A DNA stretch of 64,000 bases from positions 64,001 through 128,000 of the IMG/VR virus record IMGVR_UViG_3300043395_003072; one strand, written 5' to 3'. Below, one piece after another: positions 48,074-57,022 of this stretch (position 1 is the first letter of the stretch; each line of letters begins with the position of its first letter). The notes under the pieces are model-generated. The model did not search any database, had not been told where the DNA came from, and saw only the letters and a program-made list of their open reading frames with translations. The position numbers were made by a program, and so were the translations under genes. Source of the stretch: a virus.

Positions 48074-49623
48074 TTACTTTCTCCAAATAAGTAATCTGTT
48101 AAACCACGGCGTTTTCCAACATTTATCTCTTCTTCAACGTTTCCAACATTTATTCTTTCTACAATATTTTCTGCTCCACTTGATATTGTGTACGCTTCTT
48201 TTATTGTTTCTTCAGTGTCTGTTTTTGACGCCCTAAACATTGCTACATCTTCCGCTACAAACTGAATTACAACTTCCGTTACCATGTCGTTTACCGAAGT
48301 AACAATACTTTCTCCAGTTATCTCAATACCCTTAATGATCATAGAAGCTCCACCGAAGTTATTTTCTTTCTCGTTATAAACTTCTGTTTGATATCTTAAC
48401 ATCAAATTAAATTTGCTTATCAAACTGCTTAGTTTTGAAGTACCAAAAAAAGATGTGTTAATTTTTCCTGTCAAACTCCCTCTTCCTTTTTCTTGATCTA
48501 ATGAATAGTAATAGTAATTCAAATCAATATTTGACGGATCTTTTGCTATTAAACTTCTTAATGGATGATCTTCAATAATTAAAAATACCATAGTTCCAGC
48601 AATAGTTCTTATTGCTTTTGTAAAGCCTGAAACCCCTACATGCCCAAGTCTTCTAACTGGAGCCTTTGCATCATGTATTGATACTGAGATTGTTGCTAAA
48701 GAACTTAAGCGCACAGGACTATTTAACCATTTAAATAAAATTTCGTCTTTATAACTCTCGTCAACTATATCACTTTTTATCAATTTTTCTTCTTTTATTT
48801 CTTTCATTTCCATAAATTTTCCATACTGTGTTTTATAAACTTTAAGTTTATAATCGTAAACTTTAATGTCACTATCATACTTTTCTTTATCTATTTTATA
48901 TTTTTCTAAATTAGCTAAATGGTTAGCTAGTAATATATTATATGCTATAACCTCTGCATCATAAAGAAGTTGCATGTCTAGATTGTAAACGAGTATTAAA
49001 TCATTTGCACTTTCAAAAAGAAAAGATCGAATATCACCTTCTAGTAAACTCTTACTTTGATCAACAAAATCTTTTCCTTCTGGACCTAAAGATTCTCGAG
49101 CTGCTATTAATAAATTCAAAAATTGATCTATAATGTTTACATAATCATTTAACTCAGTATCATCTGCCAACCCATCAACTTCACTAAAATATGTATTTTT
49201 TATATAATCTGGTTTAAAACTACTTAAAGTTAAACTAATTAAATCTTCTATTTGTTCTTTTTGTGCCTGGCTAAGACTTCCATCATTATTAGGATCAGAG
49301 GGTAAATTTAATATTTCATCTATTTTATTTAAAATAGTATTAGATATATTATTTAACTCATCATTATTAGGGAGGTAATTTAATGCTTTTAAAACCGGTG
49401 GATCTTTTCCTAACTCCCCTGGATCTAAAGGTTCTGTTGGTGGCGCTGGCTTTATAGGCTCTTCCATGTTAGGATATCTTTTTTCATATCTTGTTACAGT
49501 TTCAAAATATTCAATAGTTTTAGTTTTTTTTCTTTTACTCGCTTCTTCGTATATCTTGTCTGTACCTTCAAACCAAGCATACGCTTTGCAGTCAGCTCCT
49601 GAGTATGAATAAGTATATGTCAT
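48070..49623 (-). CDS. tail tube paralog with ~285-aa insertion
   Basis: SYSGADC at the N-terminus and TISVSIHDAKAPVRRLG...RTIAGTMVF...SVNDMVTEVVIQFVAED align with the tube. AGGAGG SD. Confidence 0.75.
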   Translation of the reverse strand: MTYTYSYSGADCKAYAWFEGTDKIYEEASKRKKTKTIEYFETVTRYEKRYPNMEEPIKPAPPTEPLDPGELGKDPPVLKALNYLPNNDELNNISNTILNKIDEILNLPSDPNNDGSLSQAQKEQIEDLISLTLSSFKPDYIKNTYFSEVDGLADDTELNDYVNIIDQFLNLLIAARESLGPEGKDFVDQSKSLLEGDIRSFLFESANDLILVYNLDMQLLYDAEVIAYNILLANHLANLEKYKIDKEKYDSDIKVYDYKLKVYKTQYGKFMEMKEIKEEKLIKSDIVDESYKDEILFKWLNSPVRLSSLATISVSIHDAKAPVRRLGHVGVSGFTKAIRTIAGTMVFLIIEDHPLRSLIAKDPSNIDLNYYYYSLDQEKGRGSLTGKINTSFFGTSKLSSLISKFNLMLRYQTEVYNEKENNFGGASMIIKGIEITGESIVTSVNDMVTEVVIQFVAEDVAMFRASKTDTEETIKEAYTISSGAENIVERINVGNVEEEINVGKRRGLTDYLFGESK

Positions 49624-49640
49624 TTTGCTTTCCTCCTAAT

Positions 49641-49663
49641 GAAAAAGGGGCTTACGCCCCTTC
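49641..49663 (-). terminator. intrinsic terminator after tail tube gene
   Basis: Minus strand AAGGGGC-GTAA-GCCCCTT followed by more Ts: GC stem, GNRA loop, U-tract. Confidence 0.85.
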
Positions 49664-49695
49664 AATTACATTTTATATTTTATATAACTTATTAA

Positions 49696-50655
49696 TCAAA
49701 TTCTTTGACGAACCCAATCAACCGCCCCATCGATAGCAATGCTTGCGGCATCAATTGCACTGTCTACGCGTCCGCCTATAGTTTGTTGAGCAGAGCTCGG
49801 TTGTGTTTCTACTTGTGCTTGCTGAACTTCAGAGTAGCCACTAGCGCCCTTTAAACCACTTCCATTTCTATTGCTACTACCATTATTCCAATTATAAAGC
49901 TGTTCACGTGCTGAATGGCCACCAATTTGCATATCAAAAGTTCTCCAAGGAAGAATTGTGCGGCACACATAAGTCATTTGGTTTTCAATTACGATATCAT
50001 CAATCGAGAAACCAGAACCCTCATTAAGAATCTCACAACCATATAAACGCATTTGAGCCGATTGGCCATATTCATTAACTGCAAGAATTGTTATATCAAA
50101 AGGAAGTATTTGATCTACATAAAATACAGGGGCAATAGCATAGTTATTACCAACCTGGTTAACATCATATGTTCCTCCAACTTGTAATCTCTGATACGCT
50201 CCGCTTGCAGTTGCACCACTTTCTCCAATTTTACCCTCGTTATTATTTAAAGTAGATCCAAACTGAGCGCCTCCAACATTTACTAATGCTACTGAAGTGT
50301 CGGTCTCGTTGTTAACATTTCCAAGTGCTTTTGTATCAGCTGCTCTATCTTTTCCATTTCCAACTTGAGCAAACACTTCATCCTTGTCTCCCAGGTATTT
50401 CTCTCCAGTAAATACTGGAGACATTAAGATGTGAGTATCAAGCATTAGTGAAATCATAGTACCAGCAATACCACGCTTACCGCGAGAGTAAGAGATTGGA
50501 TCTACTGAGCCCATGACGTAGATAGGAGCTTTCTCACGCTGAATAGCATAAGACAAAGCTTGCATTGATCCAGCTTGCTTGCCGTTGATAATTACACGAA
50601 TATCAACGCCAGAATAAGATGTATAAGTTCTAGAAAGATCTAGTGAAGTTGCCAT
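49696..50655 (-). CDS. major tail tube protein
   Basis: Directly follows the sheath. TSYSGVDI...QALSYAIQREKAPIYVMGSVDPISYSRGKRGIAGTMI...GCEILNEGSGFSIDDIVIENQMTYVCR. Followed by a terminator. Confidence 0.85.
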   Translation of the reverse strand: MATSLDLSRTYTSYSGVDIRVIINGKQAGSMQALSYAIQREKAPIYVMGSVDPISYSRGKRGIAGTMISLMLDTHILMSPVFTGEKYLGDKDEVFAQVGNGKDRAADTKALGNVNNETDTSVALVNVGGAQFGSTLNNNEGKIGESGATASGAYQRLQVGGTYDVNQVGNNYAIAPVFYVDQILPFDITILAVNEYGQSAQMRLYGCEILNEGSGFSIDDIVIENQMTYVCRTILPWRTFDMQIGGHSAREQLYNWNNGSSNRNGSGLKGASGYSEVQQAQVETQPSSAQQTIGGRVDSAIDAASIAIDGAVDWVRQRI

Positions 50656-50684
50656 GTTTCTTTATCCTTTATAATTAGCGTTGA

Positions 50685-53228
50685 TTAAGCTGCAGGAGGT
50701 GCAAGAGTAATATCGATTGTAACAGCCTCGATGGAGAGAGGAGGTACAAAAGTAACCGATGCACGAAGCACGCCGTTAATACGATCAAGCTGAGATGCCG
50801 TCAGGTTCACTGTGATTGACTGTGCATATCCAGCAATAACCATAGCTCTCATCTGACCATCAATGCTTGAACGCAATGAAGCGATTTGCTCATCACGATA
50901 AGCAGTACCAATTACGCTATTGCAAAGCCCTCTCAGGCGAGCGATGATTGCGTTTGCAGATAGAATTGAAGATACCTTTGAGTAATCGGAAGTGCGTAGC
51001 GCTGCAGTGTAAATTGAAGAGATCACGCCAGTCTGATCAACCATACAAACTCTTAGAGCTGCAAGGTTATCAAGTACTGCGCGAGGTGTACGCTGCTGAG
51101 GAGTGAAGCCTGTGATTCTGCCTCTTACTGGGCCTATAGGCTCTGTTCCAGGAGCAAGGTTGGCAAGGATAGCGGCGATAAGAGGTCCAGCTGAACCAAA
51201 CTTAGAACCTTGCTGAGTTGGGATTAGCTGCCTGCCACGCTGGCCAGGGAATAGAGTCTTGGGATCAGGAGTAAATCCATAAGCTCCTACGACGACTACA
51301 TGCTTGCCAAGATCGATAGGATTGCCTGAACGATCAAGTGCTTCATCTTGGTCATCAATGCCGTAAGGAGTTTGGTTAGGGAGACTATCGCCATTGGTGA
51401 GGATGATACCACCGAAAGCAGCACCATCACGATAATCAACTGCGCCAGCAAGTAACTTGGTTCCAAGCACCCCAGTACCATTTTTAGTTACCTTAATAGC
51501 GCCATCTGCCTGAACAGTGTAAGTTGCAGGATCTCCAGCCCAAGTAGCAACACCGCTAGCAGAAGCAGGTGCGGGGCTTGTAGGAACGATAGCGATAGTC
51601 TGAGAATAGTTTGTTGAAGCGCGATAAGCAGCAGTGGCAGCCTGGTGCAAGAATGACACTTCGCGAACTTCCTCAGCAGAAGCAACTAGCTCGACAGAGC
51701 TCTCGGCTCCATCAGAAGGGAAGCTCATTAGGCGTAGTGTTACAGCCTCAGGTACGAGCTCGCCAGTTAAAGCAAAGTGACCATAAACAAAAGGATCATT
51801 GTTTACGCGCTCTGGGCTGGCAAGTAGATAATCAGAAACAGCTCTGCTTGCGCCAATTAGTGAGGGGCGAAGGCGAACGGTAGAATCTAGGCCATTAGTA
51901 AGCACTCCTCCGATGATGCTCATTGAGCAGAAAGGGGTCTCTACAAGAAGCGCATCCTCACCTTCAGAAGGAGCGTTCAAAGTTACGTGACACTCAATCA
52001 TACCCTTGTCATTAGGGAAGCACTCGATTGCAGTCTCAGCTCCAGCAACAGCATGGAAGTGAATCTCAACCATGTTGAGTAGATCGCCTACGAGCTTCTG
52101 GTCAGCGCTAAAGCTATAAGAGATTCCATCATGGGTATAGTTGCCTACGTTAGCTGCTGCAAAAGGATCTTTGCGACCAAACATATACATGTAAGGGAGT
52201 CCATTAAATTGAAACTTCCAGAAATAACCAAGTTTATGCTTAGCCCAATCTAGAACTTCCTGAAGGCTGCTTGAAGCACTAAGCTCTACAGCAGCTGTAT
52301 CAGCATAGCACTTCTCACAATAAATGAAATCTACATTCTCAAACTCAAGCTTCTCATAACCAGCTTCATTCGCAGCATAACGCTCGCAATGATCAAGATA
52401 CTCTTTGGCAGAACCATCAATCTTGCTAACTGTAATTGCTGGATCTGCATCTGCGAGGCTTACGACTGTTCTGCTAAACATATCAACTAGCTCTAGTTGG
52501 CTAGCCAGGCTAGTTGTGCTATTGAGATTTCCAACGTTAGAAAGTAAGAAAGACGACTGACTTGATAATACGCTAAGATCAGAGTCAGAGAATCCATCAG
52601 AAAGTCTATCGGCTACTGCGAAAGCATCCTTAGTATAAAGAACGTAACCAGTAGGAACATTTAGCTCTACGCTGAATACTGAGTCGCCATCAATCCTGAT
52701 TAGTCTCTCAGAGTCAAAAACTACGAAAGGTCTCTCTCCCTTACGATTGCCAGAGTAAATAATTACGCGCTGACGGACCAGGTTACCTTCTTCGAAAGGA
52801 AGAAATACCGCCTTAAGTCCTTCAAGAGTATTGATGATACCCCTGGCACTATCAGCCTCTTGTACTGGAAGAGGTTGAATATTAACAAGAGTATCAAGTT
52901 CAAAAGAGCCAGGGATAGCTTGTTTAATTTGAACATGGAAAGGCTTTGCGCCAATGCGAGAAACTGAAATGTTTGCAAAAGGATTGCTTTGCTTTGCAGC
53001 AGTAACCACTTGCATGATTTCTGAACGGCTATCAAACTCTTCTACTGTCGAAGTAGCGTTTGTTACGCGGAAAACTTCTTTAGCCAAACCGCTTAAAGCA
53101 GTTGCTTGAGCATGAATGCGTAATCCAACTGCAGGATCTGCAGGTAGATTTCTACGCATGTTGTTATCATTGTAGGTGGTAGTGATTTCACCAGCAATGT
53201 TACTCAACGTAAGGTTTGTATATGGCAT
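50685..53228 (-). CDS. contractile tail sheath protein
   Basis: Sheath C-domain (SDYSKVSS...IGTAY...LRSSID..M..MV..GY...GVLRASVTFVPPLSIEAVTIDITL). N-terminal SRIG motif. High-expression codon bias. AGGAG SD. Confidence 0.9.
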   Translation of the reverse strand: MPYTNLTLSNIAGEITTTYNDNNMRRNLPADPAVGLRIHAQATALSGLAKEVFRVTNATSTVEEFDSRSEIMQVVTAAKQSNPFANISVSRIGAKPFHVQIKQAIPGSFELDTLVNIQPLPVQEADSARGIINTLEGLKAVFLPFEEGNLVRQRVIIYSGNRKGERPFVVFDSERLIRIDGDSVFSVELNVPTGYVLYTKDAFAVADRLSDGFSDSDLSVLSSQSSFLLSNVGNLNSTTSLASQLELVDMFSRTVVSLADADPAITVSKIDGSAKEYLDHCERYAANEAGYEKLEFENVDFIYCEKCYADTAAVELSASSSLQEVLDWAKHKLGYFWKFQFNGLPYMYMFGRKDPFAAANVGNYTHDGISYSFSADQKLVGDLLNMVEIHFHAVAGAETAIECFPNDKGMIECHVTLNAPSEGEDALLVETPFCSMSIIGGVLTNGLDSTVRLRPSLIGASRAVSDYLLASPERVNNDPFVYGHFALTGELVPEAVTLRLMSFPSDGAESSVELVASAEEVREVSFLHQAATAAYRASTNYSQTIAIVPTSPAPASASGVATWAGDPATYTVQADGAIKVTKNGTGVLGTKLLAGAVDYRDGAAFGGIILTNGDSLPNQTPYGIDDQDEALDRSGNPIDLGKHVVVVGAYGFTPDPKTLFPGQRGRQLIPTQQGSKFGSAGPLIAAILANLAPGTEPIGPVRGRITGFTPQQRTPRAVLDNLAALRVCMVDQTGVISSIYTAALRTSDYSKVSSILSANAIIARLRGLCNSVIGTAYRDEQIASLRSSIDGQMRAMVIAGYAQSITVNLTASQLDRINGVLRASVTFVPPLSIEAVTIDITLAPPAA

Positions 53229-53247
53229 TTAAATCTCCTATTAAGGA

Positions 53248-53967
53248 TTAAGAATTAGGTAATATTCCGATATCAACTAGGATTGTTCTAATGATTGAAT
53301 CTGCTTTTGCATCAAACTCTCTGAATCTTAAAAAGAATCTGAGAGGTCTACTAAATAGTCTTTGTCCGCTAATTGTTTCAAATTTATCTTCCATTCTTTC
53401 TTTAAAGAAAAAACGTTCAGCTCCACGTACTTCATATGCAAATGCAGAATTTATTAATAACTTTTCTAACCATATTGCACGTTTATTTGCAAGTTTATTA
53501 GACAAAGCCCAACAATTTAATTCTATTACATGATCAACAGGTCTACTTTCAACTGTTATTACTTTATTAGGTAAACCAGGGCGCATTTCTTGATGTGAAT
53601 AAGTTGCTTTCCTATGGGGTCTTGAAACACCTTTAGTATCCATCATACCAGGTTTTCTCTCTACTACTTTGAATGATATAACTTCATTTCCATAAATAGA
53701 GATATCTTCTGGTGGGTACTCCTCTACTACTTTAATTAAAGCTGTTTCATCAACACCTTCTCTTAATTGAGCATCTTGTACTAGCTTTTGAGTTATTGAG
53801 AAAAACAAATCTAATGTCATTGGCTCCGTATTAGGAAGGAATGTACTAGCTATATTTACATTGTATGGATTGCCTATAGTGAATTCATTTAATACTAAAT
53901 TGTTTAGTATCTCCCCATTACTATCTACTACATTGATAATTACAGTTTCTTGTAAATTTCTAGCCAT
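53248..53967 (-). CDS. tail terminator / tail completion protein
   Basis: Immediately upstream of the sheath. DHVIELNCWALSNKLANKRAIWLEKLL...RPLRFFLR fits a gpU-like fold. Confidence 0.65.
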   Translation of the reverse strand: MARNLQETVIINVVDSNGEILNNLVLNEFTIGNPYNVNIASTFLPNTEPMTLDLFFSITQKLVQDAQLREGVDETALIKVVEEYPPEDISIYGNEVISFKVVERKPGMMDTKGVSRPHRKATYSHQEMRPGLPNKVITVESRPVDHVIELNCWALSNKLANKRAIWLEKLLINSAFAYEVRGAERFFFKERMEDKFETISGQRLFSRPLRFFLRFREFDAKADSIIRTILVDIGILPNS

Positions 53968-53969
53968 CT

Positions 53970-54524
53970 TTATCTTCTCTCTCTAATAGAATTAAACTCT
54001 TTACAATATACAGCAATATACTCAACACGACCATTATCTGCTCTATATTTTTGTATACTTTCTGGTCTATAGATCTTTTCTCTTTTATAAGGTATTATAA
54101 GATTTCCTTCTAAATCAAGACTCAATTCTACGATTTTATCATTATATGATATTTTTTCGTCATATCTTAGATAAAAGATCTTATAGTCAGTAGCAAGATT
54201 ACCAGGTCTATAATCCTCAATCTTATCAGCTTTACCTCCTACTGATCCGCTAAGAGTAGAATAACATCTAGTAAATCTCTCGTTCCAAATGAAACCTTCT
54301 CCTAGACAATATTTGCATTGGTTTTCTTGGTCAGGCTCATCAGTTAACTTTGAACTACAAGCGCATTTTATTTTCTTTCCAGAAACATCAATAGCTGTTT
54401 CTCTTATTAAAGCTAAATGATTATGAGGCATATTATTATTCGCCCCATAAACTAGCTCATCAAATTCTTTTCTAAGATCAAGCTCTCTAGTCCCAGGGCG
54501 TTGTCTTCGAATAGGAGGGATCAT
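53970..54524 (-). CDS. neck / head-closure (stopper) protein with Zn-binding insertion
   Basis: KCAC...CKYCLGEGF Cys cluster in a stopper-type beta protein. Position between adaptor and terminator. Confidence 0.65.
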   Translation of the reverse strand: MIPPIRRQRPGTRELDLRKEFDELVYGANNNMPHNHLALIRETAIDVSGKKIKCACSSKLTDEPDQENQCKYCLGEGFIWNERFTRCYSTLSGSVGGKADKIEDYRPGNLATDYKIFYLRYDEKISYNDKIVELSLDLEGNLIIPYKREKIYRPESIQKYRADNGRVEYIAVYCKEFNSIRERR

Positions 54525-55597
54525 TATCTGCCTCCTCTTTGAACTCTAGTAACTGAGGAATAATAGTATTCATTCCATCCAGAGTATCCATGCTTGTACT
54601 TCTTCTCTCCATGAGCTCTATACATAGAGTTTTGAGTAGGTTGCAAGAATGGTTCGTTCCATGGGTCGTGCCATTCTCTTGAGCGTTGATTCTTATCAGC
54701 TCGCTTATCTCCTTTAAGGGCTGAAGTGGGACCGAGCCCTTGACCAGGTACAATACAACCACCTGCATTGACCACTCTCCACCACTCATCTCTCTCTGCT
54801 TTTAACTCATCTATTAGTTGCTTAAGATTAAAATCTAAGCTTCCTCCATTTTGAATTAATAAATCTCCAAGTTGCTTTTGCTTTCCTGAACTTGGAGATG
54901 ATGCTCCTACTGGCATGCTAAATAACTTGATAGCCGCGTCAAACATTACAAATCTTGTTCTAGCAAAGAGATATCTCTCTGATGTTGGGCGTACCCCAGT
55001 TATATTATCAGCTTCTAAAGAGGACCAATGTATTGCTAGAGCGAGAGTATCATCACGTACTAAATCTACCCAATTACCCATTTCCATACGAAGCATTTCT
55101 GTTGAACAATAAAAAGGATTATATTCCGTTGAAAATGAATAAAAGAGATCACTATTTAAAGAAATTCCATCTTCGCTTGATATTTCTTTAAACAATTTAA
55201 CCACTATTAATGAATTAAAATCTAAACCACAATCAGCTGCACTAATTACCGGATTATTAATTACTTTTATATCTTTTTCAAAAACAATTGCTTCACCATT
55301 AATTGATACAAGCCAACTCTCTTTCCAATCACCAAGTATCGGAAAGCTAGTTTCATAATAATAGAAACCTAAATCTACTCTTACAGGATCAATGTCTAAG
55401 ATTACTGTTCCATCAGGTCTTGTTAGAAAAACATTTAATTCTGCTGGGTCAATTAGTTCTCCACAAGAATCTTTAAATAACATCTTTGATTTATATGTTT
55501 TGTTTAAAACATAACAATCGCATTTTACTTTTGTTGTTTTTCTAGGTACTTGTGTTGGATTTGCACAAGAGCTATTTCCATTTGAGCAATTTGACAT
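54524..55597 (-). CDS. head-tail adaptor (neck) protein with N-terminal Ig-like domain
   Basis: N-terminal Ig-like domain (LTRPDGT...GFYYY....GDWKESW). Helical adaptor-like C-half (PFYCS..LR...KQKQLGDLLI). AAGGAG SD. Confidence 0.6.
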   Translation of the reverse strand: MSNCSNGNSSCANPTQVPRKTTKVKCDCYVLNKTYKSKMLFKDSCGELIDPAELNVFLTRPDGTVILDIDPVRVDLGFYYYETSFPILGDWKESWLVSINGEAIVFEKDIKVINNPVISAADCGLDFNSLIVVKLFKEISSEDGISLNSDLFYSFSTEYNPFYCSTEMLRMEMGNWVDLVRDDTLALAIHWSSLEADNITGVRPTSERYLFARTRFVMFDAAIKLFSMPVGASSPSSGKQKQLGDLLIQNGGSLDFNLKQLIDELKAERDEWWRVVNAGGCIVPGQGLGPTSALKGDKRADKNQRSREWHDPWNEPFLQPTQNSMYRAHGEKKYKHGYSGWNEYYYSSVTRVQRGGR

Positions 55598-55608
55598 CTT
55601 ATTTCTCC

Positions 55609-56787
55609 TTATAGCTCTAATATTATTTTGTTATCTTCTACTGATATTATTTTAAATACTTTACGCTCTCTATCAGATCTAGTTCCATTTGGACCATCAA
55701 AGGTTCCGCTAACTGGATAAGATAATAACTCAACGCTCGACTGAGTTATTGTAGATGCATCTAGATTTTTGTTAAACTCAATAACTATTTGTTTCAAACC
55801 AAGATCAACATTAATTGCGCCATCATAAGGGGTGATTGATACTACTCTTAATTCTTCTGGATTTACTACGCCTCCAGGTAATTGAGGAATCAGGCTTTCA
55901 TCTACTCCTATTGGACTTGTAGAAGTATACTCTGGATACACATAAATTGAATCTGTACCAGTTTTAAAATTAATCAAATAAGAATTAACAAGCTTAACCT
56001 TACTGTAGCATTTAATAGTAAAGCTTTCATTTAAACTAAAACTTGATTGCTCAAACTTTACCATCACTCCTCTATCGCAACTTCTCCACCTTTGTACGCA
56101 TCTACTTAATCTCTGAGAGTAATACGCTTGGGCAGGTGCAGGTTCCACCTCATCACTAAACCACCAAACATATTTAGCTTCAGAGCCAACTCCTGCTGTA
56201 ACTATCTTTATATTTAAAGTAGCTAGTTGCTCATTGTTTTTAGGCTCGTAACTTCCATAACTAGATACTCTTGTCTCTAAGACTCCAAGCTTACTAGGTG
56301 AATAAATGGTTCTTTCAGTTATGCATTTGTTCTTTGATATAGGCACTAGTACGTCTGGAAGACCATCTATATTCTCAATATTTGAACCAACCAAGAATAA
56401 TGAATAGCTTGTATTTTCTTTTAAAGGCTCCTTAGGAGTTACCTTTATAAGAGTTCTTATCTCGCTTCTATCTATTAGATTGACTCCTTCTTCAAAAGAT
56501 ACAGGTGTAGTGTCTAGTACTGTAAGCTCTTCAAACTCACACTCTACAAAACCTTTAAATCCTGGAGATCTAAGAAAATAAGGATTCTCTCCACTAGAAG
56601 CGTTAATCCATAAAGAGTTATTGGGCCCCGAAGTTCTATCAAAGTCAGGCCCATATACAATTACAGATTCTTTTACCGACTTTAAATCTACTGCATTATC
56701 AAATGCTAAATAGAACTGCTGCCCAATAGGAAATTGAGTTTCATTGTTCTGAGGGAAGCTCAGGTCTGCTAGTAGTTGTATCGCCAT
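55609..56787 (-). CDS. head/neck-associated protein with two Big_5 (SbsA-like) Ig domains
   Basis: FPQNNETQFPIGQQFYLAFDNAVD and VVSITPYDGAINVD....IVIEFNKNLDASTIT match the Big_5 pattern. Confidence 0.7.
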   Translation of the reverse strand: MAIQLLADLSFPQNNETQFPIGQQFYLAFDNAVDLKSVKESVIVYGPDFDRTSGPNNSLWINASSGENPYFLRSPGFKGFVECEFEELTVLDTTPVSFEEGVNLIDRSEIRTLIKVTPKEPLKENTSYSLFLVGSNIENIDGLPDVLVPISKNKCITERTIYSPSKLGVLETRVSSYGSYEPKNNEQLATLNIKIVTAGVGSEAKYVWWFSDEVEPAPAQAYYSQRLSRCVQRWRSCDRGVMVKFEQSSFSLNESFTIKCYSKVKLVNSYLINFKTGTDSIYVYPEYTSTSPIGVDESLIPQLPGGVVNPEELRVVSITPYDGAINVDLGLKQIVIEFNKNLDASTITQSSVELLSYPVSGTFDGPNGTRSDRERKVFKIISVEDNKIILEL

Positions 56788-56932
56788 CACTGTCCTCTTC
56801 GTTTCGTTTTATTTTGATGAATTCGCCTTCATCTTCTATAGTAAATTTATTATAAATTTCATCATCTGCATATTTAAAGTTTTCTTTGATATAAATCTCT
56901 AAATCAGTTGGTTCTGTTTTAAAAAATCCCAT
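56741..56932 (-). CDS. small acidic hypothetical protein (63 aa)
   Basis: AAGGAG SD 6 nt before ATG at 56932 (MGFFKTEP...). The track's start at 57004 runs through the terminator. Confidence 0.55.
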   Translation of the reverse strand: MGFFKTEPTDLEIYIKENFKYADDEIYNKFTIEDEGEFIKIKRNEEDSDGDTTTSRPELPSEQ

Positions 56933-56944
56933 AAATAGCTCCTT

Positions 56945-56980
56945 AAAATAATAAAGGCAGATATTGCTACCTGCCTTTAT
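56945..56980 (-). terminator. intrinsic terminator after major capsid gene
   Basis: Perfect inverted repeat ATAAAGGCAG / CTGCCTTTAT. Minus-strand RNA GGCAGGUA-GCAA-UAUCUGCC then UUUAUUAUUUU. Confidence 0.8.
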
Positions 56981-57022
56981 ATTATATTTTGTTGACCTTC
57001 GCAAGGAAGGTCTTGCTAATTA

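Noticed and set aside
20363-53228. Tailocin / extracellular contractile injection system
   Set aside because: Portal, protease, capsid and neck genes are contiguous with the tail genes, so this is a complete phage morphogenesis module.
7254-55191. Many 60-100 aa plus-strand ORFs in the track
   Set aside because: All lie antisense within long minus-strand genes and have the F/L/S/I-rich composition typical of shadow frames.
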